From NCBI RefSeq assembly GCF_036321535.1, contig NC_087437.1, positions 44,208,001-44,272,000 of the forward strand: a stretch of 64,000 nt of DNA, in the 5' to 3' direction. The position numbers were made by a program, and so were the translations under genes. Shown piece by piece: positions 39,304-53,334 of the stretch. Each line of letters starts with the position of its first letter. The first letter of the stretch is position 1. This DNA is from Camelus dromedarius (lineage: Eukaryota). The notes below the pieces were generated by a model, which ran no database searches, had not been told where the DNA came from, and worked only from the letters and a program-made list of their open reading frames with translations.

Positions 39304-41316
39304 GAGTGCAAACATAAGGCTATATCAGAACTGTTCTTGTCTCCATCAGTGTGGCCCAGTTTCAAGAAAAACCTTTGGCAAAAACATGAACTGTGACCAT
39401 AATGTAAGCACAATCTCCTTGGAATCTCAGACACAAAATGTAAACATAAGATTTCTAGCTATATGGTTAGGCTTTGTATAACATGGCTTCATGAAAGTAG
39501 GCTTTCTTTTTTAATGCTGCCACAGGGAAAGCAGAGGGTCACCATTATTGATATTACCTAGGGTCAGATCTGAAATGAGAGTTCTTGAGAAAGTGTAGCA
39601 TGTTAAACATCAGAATTCTTATTGAATTGTTGATCATTGATTAGTGACTATGACATCTATAAATTTACTTTTTGTCTATATGAAATCAAGTTCTTTTTAG
39701 ATAATAAAAATTCATGTTTGACTACTTACAGTTTATTTATCAACATTATGTAAAATCATTTAAAAACATATATTATATAAAAAAATAAAAACGGCACCTT
39801 TCTGCATATATATGAATTTCTGATTATGTAGATTACTGTTAGAAAATACCTGGCATCCTCGTTCAGCCTGTCAATCTGTGTGTAAATATATACAACACAC
39901 ACATATTCTCATTCTGTATGTCTAATAACGATGATTATTATATGTTTACTTGTTCATCACTATAAAGTTGACAGAGCTACAGTTCTTTCATTTTTTTCTC
40001 ATATTATGTATATCGTTAGCATATTGTTTTTATTGTTAAATGGTGGAATTCAGCCCTTAGTTAGAAGCTGAATAAACCTGTACTCAAATAGAAGTAGTAG
40101 TTACTTGCTAACACTAGATAGCATAACTTATAAATTAATATGGACTTTAACATTTGGACATTATAAGGGGCTCTCTAAAGTCTTTTGAGCTGGGGAATCA
40201 CCAGACTCATCAAATCATTTTCACATTGGTGATTGATTCCTTAACCTGCTTCTTTTTACAGTGTTTCAACATGGCTTGGAATTATAACTTCATAAATACC
40301 AAGGAGCAAATTACTTTCTAATTAAATGGATTCTAAATGTTAAATTTTTGAGTATCTGTGAACAAAGGCCAGTAGGTCTTTACTTCTCCCTGGACAGATT
40401 CTGTGCTTTAGGCACACATGAAACTAAAGTTAGGCTTTTAAGAGAGTAAAGATGATGTATCTATTGTGTGTTTTCTGATTACAGGAGTTAGAATTCCTCC
40501 ATCATTCTTTCAAACCAAGCACTGGATCATCTGATTAAAAATTTGCAAAATTAATGCACTGCCAATGACAGCTGTGGCCATTGACCATTATTTTTAGAAT
40601 GTTATGACTAATACAAACACATTCTTTAATGGTCCTTCATTCCAACAATGCAAGTACAGAAATATAGAGTTTAAAGGTTATTTGTTAACTATGATAGAAT
40701 AAATAGAACAATAAAACTATTCATTTTCTAATTAAAAAAGTGATAAATCTGGCCTTTTAGAATTAATATAAAATATCTGTGTTTTTTCCTACCATAAAAA
40801 TAGTAATCATCAGAGAGCACTATTAGGGTTTTCTCGACTTTAGAACTGCATTTGGTACACTGTAGGGTAAGTTAATTCTTAGAATGCGAAGAACAAAAAC
40901 TGTGTCATTCATAGTTCAAGTTACAGCATCACCTCTGAAGAATTAACTATCAGAGGAGATAAGGAGTTAAGAAAAGATCAAGGGTATGAGTTCTGTTCCT
41001 AAATCGTAGAACTTTGAACTTGAGGAAACACAGGGAACTCTGTGATACAGGTTGCTGCCAGGTAAAGTATTTTTACCATTCTACAGTTGAAGCCTGTAAG
41101 ATACACAGCTTTAGTTTTCCCAGGTACCTATAGTTCACGTAAATTAGTAGCAGTGAGAACAAAGAGGAAGGACAATAACTCCTATAGTCAGACCCTGTAT
41201 TACTTTACAAACACTGTCTCATAGTCCTTATAGCCATCATCTGATACAAATGTTATAATCCCCATTTTAAAATGAAAATTATCCAACTAAAACATGTAAA
41301 ATAATTATTCAGTCAA

Positions 41317-41730
41317 TGTATTAGTTTCCTAGGACTGCTGCAGCAAAGTGCCACAAACTAAGTGGCTTAACCGACACAAATGTTTTGTCTCCCAGTTCTG
41401 GAGGCTAGAAGTCCAAGATTACGGTGTTGGCAGGACCATGCTCCCTCTGAAGGCTCTAGGGGAGGACCTATTCCAGGACTCTCTCTCTTGGCTTCTAGTA
41501 GTTCCTTTGCTTGTGGCAACATTACTCCCATCTCCACATGGTGTTCTCCGTGTGTGTGTGTTTGTGTGTGTGTGTGTCTGGGTCCAAATTTCCCCTTTGA
41601 TAAGGACAGTAAGCCAGTATGACTCATCATAACTAATTACATCTGCAATGACCCTATTTCCAAATAAAGTCACATTCTGAGATATAAGAAGTTAGGATTA
41701 CAACAGATGATTTTTGTGGGGACACAATCA
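41317..41730 (-). mobile_element. MaLR LTR (MLT1B/C-like)
   Basis: 'tgtattagtttcctagg..ccacaaactaagtggcttaa..cagttctggaggctagaagtccaag..catgctccctctgaaggctctagggga'; internal (TG)n. Confidence 0.88.
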
Positions 41731-42905
41731 GGAAGTTGGTAGTGCAGTTTGTATTTAATTGCAAATTTTTCTGGCTTCACATTTTATATTATATGATGGC
41801 AGAAATAAATTTCCACTTTGTTCCATAAAAGGCAACTTAATGCAGCGTTTCTGTGTTTGATAAATTAGAAAAGGGAAAGAAGAAAATGTTGTGATGAAGT
41901 TTGTTGAGAATAAAATCATGTAAGGTTTGCAGTGTCTGATGCTGGAGTTTGGCTTTTATGTCGTTGGTAGGCAGGAAAAGGATTTACCAGGATGAAGTGA
42001 TTACAGTGGGATTTAAAAAATATTAAACTGCCAGTAATGTGCAAGGTAGATAGTAGGAAAGAAAACAAGAAGCCAAGTTCAGAGACTCGAACTAAAATCC
42101 AAGCTTGAAAATCTAAGACCTGAATGAGGTGATGCAGTGAGAATGTTAACTTGTGATAGGTGAAAACATTTTGGAAAGATATATTTCATAAGACCTGGTT
42201 GTTAATTATATGTAGTAATAGAGAAACCAGATATGATAACATTTCACGCCTTAACACCAAGGAAAATGGTAACCTTCATCGATAGTAAGGACATTTTACT
42301 TTCTGTTTTTATTTTTCAATTTTAATTATATTTCCGGATTTCCCCCATTGTCCGAATATAATAAATCTTTGCTGATTCAGTTGGTGTCCTTAAAAAATAA
42401 TGACCATAAATTCCTTATGGAAACCACAAAAACAGATGTCCTGTTGAAAAAATATGGTGTAACATGTGGGTAAATCAATTTGCATGACGACAGAATGAAG
42501 TGTTATCCAAATAATGGATCTTGGAGTTCCAGTAGGAGAATTGAATTTCTGTGAATGTAGCACTGTATCCCTTTGATAAACACCCCCCATCAGACACTCA
42601 TCCCCACTTTGGCCCTAAATTGAAATTACTGATTTAATGTTTCTTAAGTTATTGGCAACCTAGGGTATTTTTCTGTCTTATCTGATCATGTCGGCACAAC
42701 TGTGGGCTACTCTGCTGTCACACTGTCATGTCTGAAATATATTTTATCCATTATATTAGGCAGTGTATAATTCACATGGTAACCATTACCAATCCTGAGC
42801 CAAAGAGGAGTGAGAAAATGAAGCTTTGTGTCCAAGAGGAAATAAATGTTATTTTTAAAATCAATTCAGAAGATTTTAGTTTCCAAAATATTAGAGATAG
42901 TGGGA

Positions 42906-42936
<31 letters not shown>

Positions 42937-43679
42937 GGAGTGCTATATAGCAAATTAAAGTTAAGGATTGCTTTTTTGAAGATAGTTTTAAATAAGGATA
43001 GCTTTTAAAATTGTATATATGGAAACCTGAGAGGAACTTTCCCAAGCTGATAAAGCAGAGAAAATTTAGGTTGTATCTTATGTAAAAAGATAAGATAAAT
43101 TTTAAAAGCTCAAGACTGATAGAGGGTCATATTCAGTACAGACAAATGAGTTTTCACTGCTGTCCTCCTGGGTCGGTGGCTCACAGCATTGTCTGCACAA
43201 TCTGAATCATTTGGGAGCTTTTAGAACCAATGATGGTTGACCTTATTTCCAGTAGATTCTGATTCGATTGGCCCAAGGTATGTGGGACCCAGGCATCAGT
43301 ATTATTTAAATTTCTGCAAGTCATTCTATTTACAGCAGAAGAAAAAGGTACTGCCTAGAGCTTTGGTCAACTTGGAAATTGCACTGTTGAAATTTATATA
43401 ATAATAACATCTGAACAATAGAATGTTAAATAATAGCATTATAAAATCCTGCTCACTATCAGAAATTAACATATTGCAGTGAATAAACATATAAGCATTT
43501 ATATATATACTGTATACAAATACCAGTTTCTATCATATTTTATTAGAACTTCCTTTACTTTGAGATGAACAAGAATTTATTGGAAGACCAACCCTTGATA
43601 ATTAGGAAATTATCTTTGTGGAGCAGAGCACAAAACTGATTAATATTTTCAATTTATCTCCCACTATATTTGTTTTTTA

Positions 43680-43800
43680 TTCTTTCAATACATTTTTACT
43701 GAGTAATAACTTATATGCCCGGTACTACGGTAAGTGCTTGAGGTAAAACAGTGAATAAAAGAGACAAAATCCTTGTCTTCATGGAGCTTATATTCCAGTT
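43680..43800 (-). mobile_element. LINE-2 3' end
   Basis: 'tttactgag..tatgcccggtact..cagtgaataaaagagacaaaatccttgtcttcatggagcttatattc'. Confidence 0.75.
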
Positions 43801-43925
43801 GTGAGGATTTAAAATTCACTTGAAATTAAATATCATTGGTTTATTTTCTTTGTATTTCTTTTTGGTTACCTATGAATTTCAATTTTCTGTGATGATATAA
43901 AATTTCTTTTTAAAATAAACTTTTA

Positions 43926-44020
43926 GTGGGGAGGGTAATAGCTCAGTAGTAGAGCACATGCTTAGCATGCACAAGGTCCTGGGTTCAATCCCCAGTACCT
44001 CCATCAAAACAAAACAAAAC
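43926..44020 (+). mobile_element. tRNA-derived SINE (Vic-1-like)
   Basis: 'tagctcagtagtagagcacatgcttagcatgcacaaggtcctgggttcaatccccagtacctcc' with a (CAAAA)n tail; TSD aaaataaac(t/a)ttta at 43912-43925 and 44021-44034. Confidence 0.9.
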
Positions 44021-46546
44021 AAAATAAACATTTAAATTTTAAAGTTGAGTCTAGTAAAATATGTAAGATTACTAATAATCCAGATAATACCTTGATGTGT
44101 CAAAATTATGAAAGTAGTACATAAAAGATAGATATTGGCCACATTCTTGACATCCATATGTGGGCTCTGAAATAGCTTAGTTGCTCAAAGACATAGGAGA
44201 AAATAGAATTGGAAGCTTTAATTATGTTTATGGAAGTATATTCTTTAAAGCCATTTTAATTTTCCTTATCCAGCATATGTTTTATTTAAACTTTGTATAA
44301 GAATATTAGCTGCCATTCAGTACAATCAGATATGTCCTGCTTCCTATTCTGAAACTCATCACCCTATATGCAAAATAACAAAAAGCTAGAAGACAGATGA
44401 AGGAGAAAGAAGACAGAAGAGAATAAGCAATTAAAATATGCTTCTGTCTGGAGATAGAAGTGATAAAGGCTGTCCTTGAGAATACATTGATTTGAAACAG
44501 TGGAGCACAAGCCTTATTGTTCACTTGAGAGAATAGACACATGATGATCTTTACTATGAGTTAGTGTTATGTTTGGAAACATTAGCATTCAAATTAAGTG
44601 CTATGTGTAAGACTACTGTGCGTGTTTGCACTTAACTAAGTAAAACCTTCAGGAAAGCAACATCTATATGAAGGCAGTGCCTCTTGGCTTATTTTTCTGT
44701 AAGTCTTTCCCAGGCAGTAGATCTGAGTCATTGAAAAGCCTCATCATCATTGAAAAGATCGTAATAAAATTGACCTGAATAGATGCAAATTATAAAATAA
44801 ATATTTTACTCCTTTACTTTACTAAGCAATACCATGGCACAGTTTCTGAGAATGATCTGTGAGAACAATTAGTTTTGATATCTAGTGACCTATTAAAGTT
44901 TAGTTCAAGATTTAGCAAAATACACCTGTGATTCTGAGGATACAGCAATAATTATTATGTAAATTAATTTAAGAAAAATTAGAATGGAGGGTTTTATCAT
45001 TTCTATATGTAGTGCTTTGAGAACCACCTTTAAACTTGTTGGAGTTTGACCTACAATTCTTTGTAGACAGACTGAAGATTGAATTTTCTGTTACTGTGAA
45101 TAAGAGCTGGGAAAAAGTGAGGATCAGTTGTGATAAGATCATTGCTGATTTGAAGCAGTGTAATTTCTTGGCTTTACTAACAATGAAACAGTCAAGAAAG
45201 TTTTCTTGTTTCCAAGTCCCATAAATATTTTAAACTAACAAGGTAATGTAATTTTTTTTTAAGTACAGATAATATCTGTTATTGGGTAAGATGTTTTTGT
45301 GGGTTTTTATTTACTGTACTTCCATTTATATGAACTCAATGCATTTTTACACTTATTTTTAGAAAAATAGAAATTCACTTTGGAGACTTGATTTTATCAC
45401 TTCTCCTTTACTTCTTACAGATTATTCCTTACACTTATATGTCCTTTAATTTTCTAATGACCCTAAAATTATAGTCAACTTCTTAAAAGTTTGTTTTCAT
45501 AGGAAAAAGGATATTCAAAGAATGGAAAGCTATGATAATTTAATATTAAGAAACTAAATAAAATGAACTGATTGAAGAATATATTAGTCTGCTTTGGACT
45601 GAAAATTAAAAGAGATATATCAAACGTAATCATACATGTCTCTAAGTATCACATTTCAGAGAAATATCTTTTTAAAGATAGAGTTGTGGGAATCAGGTTT
45701 TTGTTTTTTTTTTTTTTTTTTTTTTGATGGACACAGAGAGAATGAAAGAACCATTTTGCTTTGTGTTTTTTTGACTAGAAGGTGTTGGTGCTCTGGGGCT
45801 CTAGACCAGGTCCTCTGTTTTATTTTAGTCTCCTCTACCAGAGAGGAAAAGAATGGGGCATATAGAGAATATAGAGGAGTTTTTAAAAATGAAAACAACA
45901 AACCACTCCCCACCCCCATCTATATTCTCTTCTGCCAGGAGAAGCTAACTGGGGTGGAAGAGGGGGAAGTCAGGCATATTTATTTTGGAGGAAAAAAATC
46001 AACCTTCCCTAAGCTTTCTTGTTAAGATCCCTATGAATTAGAATAATAAGAGCTGTAGAAAGGAAATAAGTAAATTAAGAGACGTTCTTAAAAAGTTATG
46101 TGATTCAAAGGGAGAATGAGGCTTTATGATTGGAGACATCAGAAGATGTTAACATTCATTCATCTATTTACCACTTTTCCAGCTACTCTGAGCCAAGAAG
46201 TGTTCTAGATGCTGGAGATACAGGAACAAGCAGAAGCAAATCAAGTATCTGTTCTCACGGGGCCTCTTTTTAGTGAGCGAGACAAACCCAAACAAATACA
46301 AAATTGCAATTGTACCAAATGTTATGTAGGGAAGATATACGTGAGAGACTAAGAAGGGAATTGCCCAAGTCACAGAGATCAGGAGAGACTTGTTAAAGGA
46401 GGTGACTCAAGTAGCCTTCAAAGAGAAACCTCCATTTCCGCTAAGGACTTTTGTCTGTATGAGTAAGTATGAGGATAAAGCCTATATAGAAAGATGTGTA
46501 AGTCATTGCTATTAAGAGAGAAGAAAAACAGGGAATTTTAAAAACG

Positions 46547-46972
46547 TGTATTTTGTCTCCTGGGGCTATTGAGACAAAGTATCATAAAATTGGTGGCCTA
46601 AAACAACAGAAACTTATTCTATTACAGTTCTGGAAGTTAGATGTCTGAAATCAAGATGTCAGAAGGGCCATAATCTCTCTAAAGATTGTAAAGGAGACTG
46701 TTCCATGCCCTCCCCTTAGTGTTGTGGTAATCCTTGGCATTTCTTGACATGTAGACACATCATTCCAGTCTCTGCCTCTGTCCCTGTTTGTCTCTGTGTC
46801 CGACTTTCCTTCTTTCTACACGACAACAGACTTTTAGATCATGGGCTCACCCTACTCCAGCATGAGCTCAGCTTAACTTGATTCTACTTGCAAAGGCTCT
46901 GTTTCCAGTAAGTCACAGTCACAGGCTCTGAGTGGATATGAATTGGTGTGTGTGTGACACTATTCAGTGCAA
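46547..46972 (-). mobile_element. MaLR LTR (MLT1B/C-like)
   Basis: 'ggtggcctaaaacaacagaaacttattct..cagttctggaag..tctgaaatcaagatgtcag'. Confidence 0.8.
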
Positions 46973-49539
46973 TGTGAACCACCCCCCATGGCTAAAGATA
47001 GCAGGTCCACGTCCAAATCTTTATCTGAGTGTCATCGTAACTGAAAATGTCTTTTGTTTGGTGTTTGTGAATACTTGATTCCAACCATGCGCACATTAAA
47101 GGCTGGCGAAGTGATGTGATGGCCCTCAGAAAAGGGGGAAAAAAAGATGTCCTGGTGATGAAATCAGAAGCAATAATTCATTTAGTGTTTATCTCTGCAT
47201 GACATTCTATCTTTAAACACTTAAGAGTTTACAGAATAACAACCAAAAAACCAAGCCAAGTAAACTATATTTATAGTATGTAGCAATGAAAAAAATTTTG
47301 GAATACTTACCTCATGCGCATATACACATATATCACATTTTGCTTGACACTTAAATTCCTGAATTTTATTAACGTTGTATGTTTTACGTATTCTACAAAT
47401 TAAACTCTTCCATTCTTTCAGGGATTAACTAAACAGTATAATAGAATTCAAATGGCACAGACCAATATGTAAGAGTACAGCAAAAAATAGATGGCAATAG
47501 AGACTAGTTAACCAAAATTTCCTCCAAGGGCTGGGAAAAACCACAGGATGTGGATCTGCTGGTATAAAATTACAGGATCTCATCTGCAGAGAGATTATCC
47601 AGCTGTTCTGTGGTTAATACAAAAGAACACAATTTGAATTTCCTTAATCAGACTGTGATTTCATTACCCTGAGTCAATTTCAGTTTAGAATTTGTCGAAA
47701 TTTTAATTTGATTTAAAGACTAATCTTATTTTTAATATATCTCATTTTCTAAATTATGTTCACAATTTATATAGTTTACAATGTGTTTATTATCTGCTTA
47801 AACTGTCAACTATTCTTTTCGTAGTCTCTTCATAGTAGTCATCACTTATCAGTAGTAAGTATTATTTAGAAGTTGTTTTTGAACTAACCCCATCACAAGT
47901 GGAGAGACCAGACTGAATGGTGATTCTTTGCCTATTTATGCTTCAGGGTTTAGAAAGCCATGTTTATACTTTCCTATAACATTTACTGATTCTGGCAATT
48001 TAGGGACAAAGTGAAGAGGCAGATGAGAAAGAAAAAAAAATTAAAAAAGAATGGCAAAAAAAATGTCATGAGAAAACATGATACCTGAAACTTCATAATT
48101 TTCTTTTTAGTATTTCCCAGGTAAGTCATTTTAGACAGATTTACACAGCTAAGTCAATGTGTTAAAAGGGAAAACATAAGTCAGATTATTTGTCTCTCTC
48201 CAATATGGTGATGAAAATAATCTCCTTGATTTCATAAATACCTTTCTATATTATATTACTTAAGAAAATTAAAAACTTATGGCATGAAAATCAAGCTTAT
48301 AACTTTGAAGAATTTAGCATTTTTTCTCTCAAAAGAAGAAACCTTCTGTTAACCTTTTTTCCTGATGAGCAAACACATCATTTACTTAGGGAAATTTGTT
48401 TGTGTTGCCTTTTCTGTTCTTTTGTGTTGATAAGTTGAAGGTTTTTCAGACCTCATACTTTCATCACATCGTTTTCTGACCTCAATTATACTTCTCGGAA
48501 TACAGCAGGTAATGAGCAGTGGAATTTTTAAAATCTTAACCTTTAAATTGCTCATATGCTGTGACTGTAAAAATTAGTAAAAATATAGAGATGCAGTGAT
48601 TTACTTCAAAATCTGATAATAAACCCTGACTGGATTGGTTGAGTAACCCAGACAAAAGGCAGTGTTACATGATTATTAGTAACATATTAAGATATTGAAA
48701 TGGAGCCACTTCCACCTGACTGTGCGTCCTGGGACCAGGAGAGTCAGGAGATTTAGGAAGGAAGAGGGGGCACAGAAGCTGCAGTGGCCCGTGGCACTGG
48801 ACTACATACCAAACAATTTTCTTTGTATTAAGGCCCACTGAATGCTAAGAAAACCAGATGTATACTACAGTATATATGATAATTTGTATGCAGTATTAGC
48901 TCTGTTGACCAAGCTTTTTTTTAATCAGGTAGCTTGATTTACCTATGCTCCCTGTCTTCTTTTTCAAACACAGTGAATTAAGATTTGGGCACACTGAGTG
49001 CTCTCAGAGGCGCCTGCCCACCCAGGCACCGCTGGCTGCTCCCTCCTCTTGAGTCGTGTGCCTGCCAGTCACCCACCTCGGTGCAAACCAGCAGAGCTTT
49101 GGCAATTGAGAGCTCATTCTAGAGCCGGTTTTATTCACTGGTTTTCATTTGAACCCTCAAGCAACTATTTGCAATAATGGTAGACAGGTAAAGACCACTA
49201 ACCCTTAAAGAAGAGAGTGAATAAATATAAAAACAGCAAAAAGGGAAAATGCTAAATTGAGAGAAGGGTAAAAGACAAAAGAGAGGAAGATTTAAACAAA
49301 AATCAAAGGAGAAAGGAAATAATAAAAAAGATTGTGACGACTGGTGAGGATAACAGAGCTAGTGTGTTTAATCATGTTTCCTGGGATTAAGATTATTTTC
49401 ATGCTTTACTTTGGCATCATTAAAGTTCTAGTCAGTGTGAGTGACATTAACCAAAAACTCCCTTTATTTTTATTTCTAATCTCCACAAGTAAACAGGCAT
49501 CTGGTTATTGAAAAGTACTTGATTTGTTTTCTATAAAAA

Positions 49540-49700
49540 TAATGATAATAACAGTTAATGTTTATGTAGCACTAACTATATGTCAGACATTATGCTCTGT
49601 GCATGACACATACAGTAATTTGATCCTTATAACTGCCAGTGAGGTGCTCTGTTATTAGCCCATTTTACAGGTGAGGAAACCGAGGCAGCAAAACACTGGG
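49540..49700 (-). mobile_element. MIR SINE
   Basis: 'ttattagcccattttacaggtgaggaaaccgaggca'. Confidence 0.75.
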
Positions 49701-51749
49701 GAGTCTTACTGGAAACTTGTATCCCTATCCCACCAAACACACGAAAGTCAAGTTGTTTGTAGGATTCAAACTGCAAACATGATCTTTTAAATTTTATTTG
49801 TCTCCTAGGCAAAATATCTCATTTTATACCTGAGGAGACACAGAAGGAAAAGGATTTACTCAAGGGCCTACAATAGGTAGGCTTGTAGAAAGTGAATCCC
49901 AGGACTTTGATTTCCTGATCTGTGTCCCAGTTGCCCTCATCGCTGTTTTTTGGTGCAAGTCAACAGACTCTCAAACAAAACCTTGATACATTTTGACTTC
50001 ACACTCAAATCAACATAATTGTTACACATTTTCAGCTTTAAATTTTCCTACAAATCCTGGAAATAATCTGCATGTTGGACTGCATGTCTGCAAAAATACT
50101 GTGACATAAACTGTTTCAACATGTGGGCGATTCACTTTTGGCTGGAATTTTTCCTCTGTCTGAGAAAGCAAATATTTTTTATCAAGAATCACCTCCCACT
50201 CCAGACAGAACCTATATTTTAATCTGTCTGTCTATGTTGTTCAGAGCTAAAACCCTGCCTGCCATACTGTTGTCTCACTGTCTCTGTTTATGCTAGCAGC
50301 ACTGAAGACGAACCATCTATTAGAAGTAAAACTGTTCATCAACCTGTAGAAATACTGAACTTTTACAAGAAAGTCTAGCATCCACAGAGTTCATCCTGCC
50401 TGAGAAATATCAATCTAAAGACTGTAACTTTATGATTACTGTAAAAGGCCAAAACATTTAATTAAATTTTTAAAGATAAAAGTATAAACACAATTGTTGG
50501 TGATAAATTTACTATTAGTTTCCCAGGATTTAGGGAGAACATTCTTATTTCCTTTACTTTTGAGTTAAAGCAAAATAATAGAGCTAATAAGGTATCTATT
50601 CTATTTTGTATCTAGGATTTTAACATAAATATAATATATTTTTCTCCCATCTACAGCTCTGGCATTATAAAAGTTTTCCAAAATTAAGTTTACTTTATTA
50701 ACATGAAAAAGCAGGCTAATGATAGTAGCTTAGAGGGAGAAAATTATGTGTTTAAAAGATAAGTGTTTTTCAATTTTCTCTCCAAAGACTTATTTGTAGA
50801 ATTGTCTTTTTATACTGTGCATGCTTTTCTTAAGGAGTCTTGGCCTTGACAGTTATTAATTTATTTGAAATGTATTAAATTTTGTATACTGCAATTTACC
50901 GAAGACAGCCTATCTCCTGCAATGCTTGCGAATAAGTGCATCAATTATTCATAGAATAACCTCCTAATTAGTACCACTGGCCATATTATTTATTCCCCGA
51001 TATTAAAACAGTATAGTAACTTTGTCAAAATGGCAAGGAATTTAATTGTGGCTAAGACTTATTTATGGCATAATAAATACATACCAAAGTCAGGCTTCTG
51101 AATTGTACCTGATAAGAACTTGAGTTCCATTGGCCTATCAGCTACTGAAAGTTTGTGTGTAATGTGAACTAAGGCAGTTCAAGCTCTGGATAGACATTTT
51201 TCAATATTAAAGTTATTATCAAACTGTTATTCTTATATATAACCTTTTGCTTCATGGGTTTTATTAGATTTTACAGGAGGATGCAAGAATGCTTTCTCGC
51301 TTCAAATGGAGCACTTCTCGGTTTTAATTACCTTTTCATTGGTGTGCCAGATAGGTAGATGTGAAAAACATAAAAACAGCAAATTAGCTGTTAGCTCAGA
51401 AGTCAGCTTTCACCAGAGGATCTAGTACCTATTAAAAGAAATGTAAATTACTCTTCCAGTTCACTGCCCTGCCCCACATCCAAAATATATAATATACATC
51501 AGCTTCAACTTGTAGCTCAGTTCAGTTCAATGTGCCTTTACTGGCCAGCTTTTATGAACCAGGTTCTTTTTTGGGCTCTGGAGACAGAAAGATAGAGAAG
51601 ACATGATTCCTGCCCTAGAGAAGCACTCGGTTCATCAGGGGAAGGCAGACGATTAAGTACTGTGTGCTTACTTCTACAACAGAAGTATAGGCAAGCTTGT
51701 GCCCAGCCTGAATATGCTATGGGATCTTTTTGGAAGTCTTGCTAAGATT

Positions 51750-51880
51750 CTATCAGCAATCTTTTCCTTTGAAGGGCCAGATGGTAAATATCTTCAGTGT
51801 TGCCGGACATGCAGTCTCTGTCACAACCACTCACCTGTCCCAGTGTAGCTCAGGAACAGACATACACCATATGTAAAGGA
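51750..51880. mobile_element. MER58-like hAT MITE fragment
   Basis: 'aagggccagatggtaaatat..cagtctctgtcacaaccactca..tgtagc'. Confidence 0.7.
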
Positions 51881-52419
51881 AAGAGTCTGACCACCTTGGA
51901 ACCTCTGGTGGAAATAACCATGCTAGAGTGGGTGAGCTGCTGCTGGAGTGGTACTTCTAACCTGTATATCCTGCCCATCACACACGCTTTCTTTATTTCC
52001 TCTCTCTCCTTTTTTTGTTTTCTTCTCATTCTTTTTTCTTTCCTATCCTGAGTTGAAGCCAGAGTCCATAATCGTAATCAGCCATGCTTATATCCTGGAA
52101 AACAAAGTGATTTCAGTCCCTTCTTTCATGATACAAACTCTTGATAGGAACAGCTAACATCTAAAAACTTTTGTGTATGTAGATCAGGCTCAATTACATG
52201 ATAAGCTATTTAATCCTTAAAACTACCCTGTGAGGAAGGTGTGATTTTTAATGTTACATACAAGGAAAGCAGGCCTTAGAGAGGAGAAGTGATTTGCTCA
52301 AGACCATGCAGGTGGCAGAAGACGGGAAAGAGTATGCTAACTACACTGTACCACAGCCGTGCCTTTTAACACAAGGCAGCATGCATAGAAAACTTCAGTC
52401 CCATTTATGGGAAGTTAGC

Positions 52420-52536
52420 TAGGGTGACCAGCCAACTCGTCCTGGTTTGTCTGGGGCTCAGGGATTTCCCCAATTAGGAGACTTTCAATGCTAAAACTGG
52501 GAAAGCTCCAGGCCAAACAGGACGGTTTGATCACTA
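52420..52536. mobile_element. MER94-like hAT-Blackjack MITE
   Basis: 'agggtgacca..gtcctggtttgtctggg..gactttcaatgctaaaactgggaa..aaacaggacgg..tcac'. Confidence 0.75.
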
Positions 52537-52562
52537 CCAATAAATAGCCCCAGCTTTGAGTT

Positions 52563-52840
52563 CAGTGCTTCTTAAACTTGAACGGACCCAGCAATCACTT
52601 GGAGATCTTGTTAGCAGATTCTGATTCAGATTCTGATCCAGCAGACCTGAACAGGGCCTGGGGATCTCCATTTCTAACAAGCTCCCAGTTTATGCTAATA
52701 CTGCTTATCTGTTTCTCCTCTGAAAAACAAAGTATCCTCTTCCAATCTCAGGGCTCACCCAGGCCTCATCAATCAGAATCTGTGTTTTAACAAGAGTCCC
52801 GAGGTGATTCACACTTTCAAGTTTAAAGAGCTCAGTTCTA
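52563..52840. mobile_element. MER5A-like fragments
   Basis: 'cagtgcttcttaaactt..tttctaacaagctcccag..aatcagaatctg..ttttaacaag'. Confidence 0.65.
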
Positions 52841-53334
52841 GTCTACCTCTGATTAGAGAAAGATAATCTTTACCTGTGCATATTTTTCCTGCTTTGTGAG
52901 CCTTCCCGAATACAGCACAACTCCTTTCCCTAATCTGCCTTATTTCACCTTTCTGGAAGTCCAGACATCTCTTTTCTTGTATATTTACCTATCGACTCAT
53001 CCCTTATTTTTCCTAATACCCTGTAACTTTCTTGAACCCACTTTTTAAACTCAGTGTTGGGTGTTTGTTTCTGTGGCTGTTATTCCACAAAAAGACAATT
53101 ATTCCACTTGTAAAAATCAGATGTTCAGCATCAAAGGGGGCCTTAAAGTCATTTACTGTCAACTATAAAATTATCCATCAGAATATAGTACATAAGATTA
53201 TGAAAGTAGTAAATTACTATCTCAAAATACTCCCCTGTGGCACCAGGAAAAAAAAGAATAAAACAGAATTTATTTGCAGTAGGTGCTTCCTCTTGCCAAG
53301 ACATTGCTTGAGTGTAATGGAAAGCTGTAGAAAT

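Noticed and set aside
41348..41673. Four overlapping ORFs
   Set aside because: Inside an MLT1 LTR with a (TG)n run
43926..44005. tRNA-like sequences (also 36259 and 5040-5115)
   Set aside because: They have A-rich tails and TSDs, so they are SINE copies, not tRNA genes
45036..45224. 62-aa ORF with plausible-looking composition
   Set aside because: No recognisable homology and no convincing flanking splice pair
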